NCBI GenBank assembly: GCA_019058295.1
Contig: JAHPZI010000001.1
Coordinates: 1-64,000 of the forward strand
Direction of reading: 5' to 3'
DNA from: Promethearchaeota archaeon
GTDB lineage: Archaea; Asgardarchaeota; Lokiarchaeia; Sigyniarchaeales; SOKP01
Length of the DNA: 64,000 bases
Shown here: positions 61,855 to 64,000 of the stretch, one piece after another
Layout of the letters: each line of letters begins with the position of its first letter
How positions within the stretch are numbered: the stretch's first letter is position 1
The notes under the pieces: model-generated
The model's input: only the letters and a program-made list of their open reading frames with translations
Databases searched by the model: none
Told to the model about the DNA's origin: nothing
Program-made: the position numbers and the translations under genes

Positions 61855-62241
61855 ATGATTAAAATGGAAGAGTTTTTTCCAAAATTGAGTGATATATTCA
61901 ATGAAAAAATAGAAATCAGAGAAAATAAAGAACAATTATTAATTGAATTGAAAATAAATAAAGAAGATCTTATTCCTGGAGATTTAGGGAAACCTAATGA
62001 GGTAAAAGAAATGATAAGAAAGTTTGGTGGAGTTAAAGAAGATATATCGATGGACGTTGCCGTTGATGAAAAAGCCAATATCATTACTATAAAATTGCAA
62101 AATAATGAAGATTTTGAAACAATAAGTACTGCTATGAAAAATCTGTGGGAACGAGCATCCAATCTTTTAATAGAAGCCTTTAGTGTGGAACCAGGAACAG
62201 TTGGAAAATTTAAAGATCTTGGAGACTTTGATGAGAATTAA
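61855..62241 (+). CDS. hypothetical protein
   Basis: 128-aa acidic ORF, co-oriented with the upstream gene. Confidence 0.6.
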   Translation: MIKMEEFFPKLSDIFNEKIEIRENKEQLLIELKINKEDLIPGDLGKPNEVKEMIRKFGGVKEDISMDVAVDEKANIITIKLQNNEDFETISTAMKNLWERASNLLIEAFSVEPGTVGKFKDLGDFDEN

Positions 62242-62283
62242 TAAAGCACTAGTCAAGATTCCCGTTCGAAAGTAAATTAAATA

Positions 62284-63243
62284 TTAATTATTCAAAATCC
62301 ATTGATTAGTGCCAACTTCAACAATTTTTTCTTTTTTTACAAGTTCAGCAATATGACTCATAATCATATTATGTTCGAAAAAATAAATTATACTTCTACG
62401 GTTATCTTTAAAGGGTTTAATATAATTTTCACTAAAAAACAACCCTTTAAAAATCAAATCATCTAATCCTTTAGGGGTGTTCGTATCAAACATATTAAGT
62501 AGTTTATTTTCATATTCATTTATTTTTATTAGAAGCTTGTTAAAGATTTCGGGTTGTTTTTCGAAAATAGTAGGGCCGTGTCCGCTTGCGATGATATAAT
62601 CATCATTTAGATAAATATTCTCGATCTTTTTAATGGATTCTCTTACAGTTTTTATATCACTATATTTAAAGCCATACCAAGCACCCATTTTTGTTAGGCC
62701 AATATCAGCAACGAATAAGATTTTTCTTTTTTTTTCACGTTTATCCTCTATGGAGAACGCTGTGTGACCGGGGGAATGTCCTGGAGTATGTATTGTTTTC
62801 AGATGTATACTATCAAATTCATATTCCGTTCCAGGGTTAAACCCTATTACAGAGTTTAATTCTTTAAAATTTAATTCTTTAAAGGCAAACTTCTTAAAAT
62901 CCTCTCCAATTCCATAATCGAATGTCCCATTATCCCTAACAAAGTTATTAAAATCTAATAAATACTTATCTTCTGGAATTGGACAATAAAACTTAATGTT
63001 AGGATTATTTTCTTCATAAAAATGCAAATTATAAACATGATCTAGATGTACATGAGAGACAAAATATGCTTCTATTGGATCTTTTAGTAATTTTTTAATT
63101 TCCTTTTCATAAAAGCAATTGCAATCAATTAATATGCTTCCCAAATTCTTATTTTTAATTAAAATGCCTTGACATTTAAACCAAAATGGAGTATTTGAAT
63201 ACACAAGAAATATATCATCGACTAGTTTTTCATAAATCAACAT
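62284..63243 (-). CDS. metallo-beta-lactamase-fold hydrolase
   Basis: SHVHLDH, TPGHSPGH, ADI, SGHG. Confidence 0.9.
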   Translation of the reverse strand: MLIYEKLVDDIFLVYSNTPFWFKCQGILIKNKNLGSILIDCNCFYEKEIKKLLKDPIEAYFVSHVHLDHVYNLHFYEENNPNIKFYCPIPEDKYLLDFNNFVRDNGTFDYGIGEDFKKFAFKELNFKELNSVIGFNPGTEYEFDSIHLKTIHTPGHSPGHTAFSIEDKREKKRKILFVADIGLTKMGAWYGFKYSDIKTVRESIKKIENIYLNDDYIIASGHGPTIFEKQPEIFNKLLIKINEYENKLLNMFDTNTPKGLDDLIFKGLFFSENYIKPFKDNRRSIIYFFEHNMIMSHIAELVKKEKIVEVGTNQWILNN

Positions 63244-63547
63244 ATAATAAAAGAAAGGGTTAAATCCAAATTAAATTAATTATTATGCTCAAAAAATTTA
63301 TTGAATTCTTCTTAAATATTATATTCTTGAACAAATTATATCAAGCTATAAATCTCATTAGAAATAATTATGAATTAATTCCGTAAAATTAATAAAAAAT
63401 CGATAGTAAATGCTTTAATAAAAGAATGAAAAGGGGGAAAAAAAGGAGAAATAACCAAATATATAAATATCTTTATATCTTAAGAGTAAAATGTAGATAT
63501 AAACAATTAATTACTATTAAAAAACCAATTAAAAAACATTAGTATAT

Positions 63548-63859
63548 TTGGTTTTGAGGGATTGTGATAGAATGGCTTTATATTGTTATTATTGTGGTTC
63601 AGAGATCACCTGGAAAAGAAGGAGAATTGTCCATGTTAATATTTGCCAAAAAACACCTATTACTCACTTCTGTAACCAAGATTGCAAATTAAATTGGATT
63701 TTTAATAGACCCAATATAAAGCCTGATAAAAATAGCACTGGTAATTGGGTTAACCAAAAAGTTGAATCTATTTTTGATATGGAAGGAATAGAGGATGAAT
63801 CAGACGAAGTAGTGAAGTATCTAAAAGATAATAATTTAAGAATCCTTAGGGAAGCTTGA
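63548..63859 (+). CDS. small TRASH/zinc-finger-like protein (likely start at the internal ATG, MALYCYYC)
   Basis: CYYC...HFCNQDC. Confidence 0.65.
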   Translation: MVLRDCDRMALYCYYCGSEITWKRRRIVHVNICQKTPITHFCNQDCKLNWIFNRPNIKPDKNSTGNWVNQKVESIFDMEGIEDESDEVVKYLKDNNLRILREA

Positions 63860-63872
63860 ATAATAGAATTAA

Positions 63873-64000
63873 TTATGGATTATTTTTCATAAACTCTATG
63901 ATAACCTTCGCCAGCTCAGGACCTTTATCCTCCTGTACAAAATGGGAGGCGTCTTTAATCGTTGGGTGTTTTAGTCCTTGAGTACCTGGAACAAGTTTTT
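63873..64000 (-). CDS. 3' end of a haloalkane dehalogenase-like alpha/beta hydrolase (partial)
   Basis: KLVPGTQGLKHPTIKDASHFVQEDKGPELAKVIIEF* contains the HFxQED catalytic His motif. Confidence 0.8.
   Translation of the reverse strand, partial: KLVPGTQGLKHPTIKDASHFVQEDKGPELAKVIIEFMKNNP

Noticed and set aside
175-62162. Many short antisense or overlapping ORFs in the track (e.g. 175..414, 20053..20397, 46389..46583, 48151..48402, 58632..58925, 61842..62162)
   Set aside because: They are shadows of longer, motif-supported genes on the opposite strand or frame.
1-64000. CRISPR array, tRNA/rRNA, integrase or transposase
   Set aside because: I saw no regularly spaced repeats, RNA-gene signatures or recombinase motifs by eye. 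tRNAscan, Infernal or CRISPR finders would be needed to exclude them fully.

Overview
This is an AT-rich archaeal window, most likely from an Asgard (Lokiarchaeia-like) genome. That inference rests on three Rab-like small GTPases, a PCNA-type clamp, archaeal PIP-box motifs and coiled-coil/zinc-ribbon proteins. (1) About 1-30.2 kb is a defence island. It holds a DISARM class I-like operon (SNF2 helicase, two paralogous N6-adenine MTases, a small ORF and the start of a DrmA-like helicase), McrBC, an N-terminally extended PCNA paralog, an unannotated decayed Argonaute PIWI remnant, GmrSD, a TPR protein, and a coupled SNF2 helicase plus 2497-aa sacsin-like GHKL ATPase/HNH-like pair. (2) About 32.7-45.4 kb is a 12.6-kb block bounded by an imperfect 43-bp direct repeat. 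It carries a coupled operon (GT4 glycosyltransferase, radical SAM/SPASM, WG-repeat/O-methyltransferase, nucleotidyltransferase-phosphatase fusion, P-loop kinase, TPR-HEPN), a structured leader, a divergent CARF-wHTH regulator and a second TPR-HEPN gene. This is the best candidate for an undescribed system. (3) About 45.4-64 kb holds more ordinary metabolic and housekeeping genes, three near-identical GTPases, a HEPN/MNT toxin-antitoxin pair and a radical SAM/DUF4130 DNA-repair pair. Two genes appear to need ATA start codons. I saw no tRNA, rRNA, CRISPR array, integrase or transposase. All family calls come from motif recognition by eye, not from database searches.
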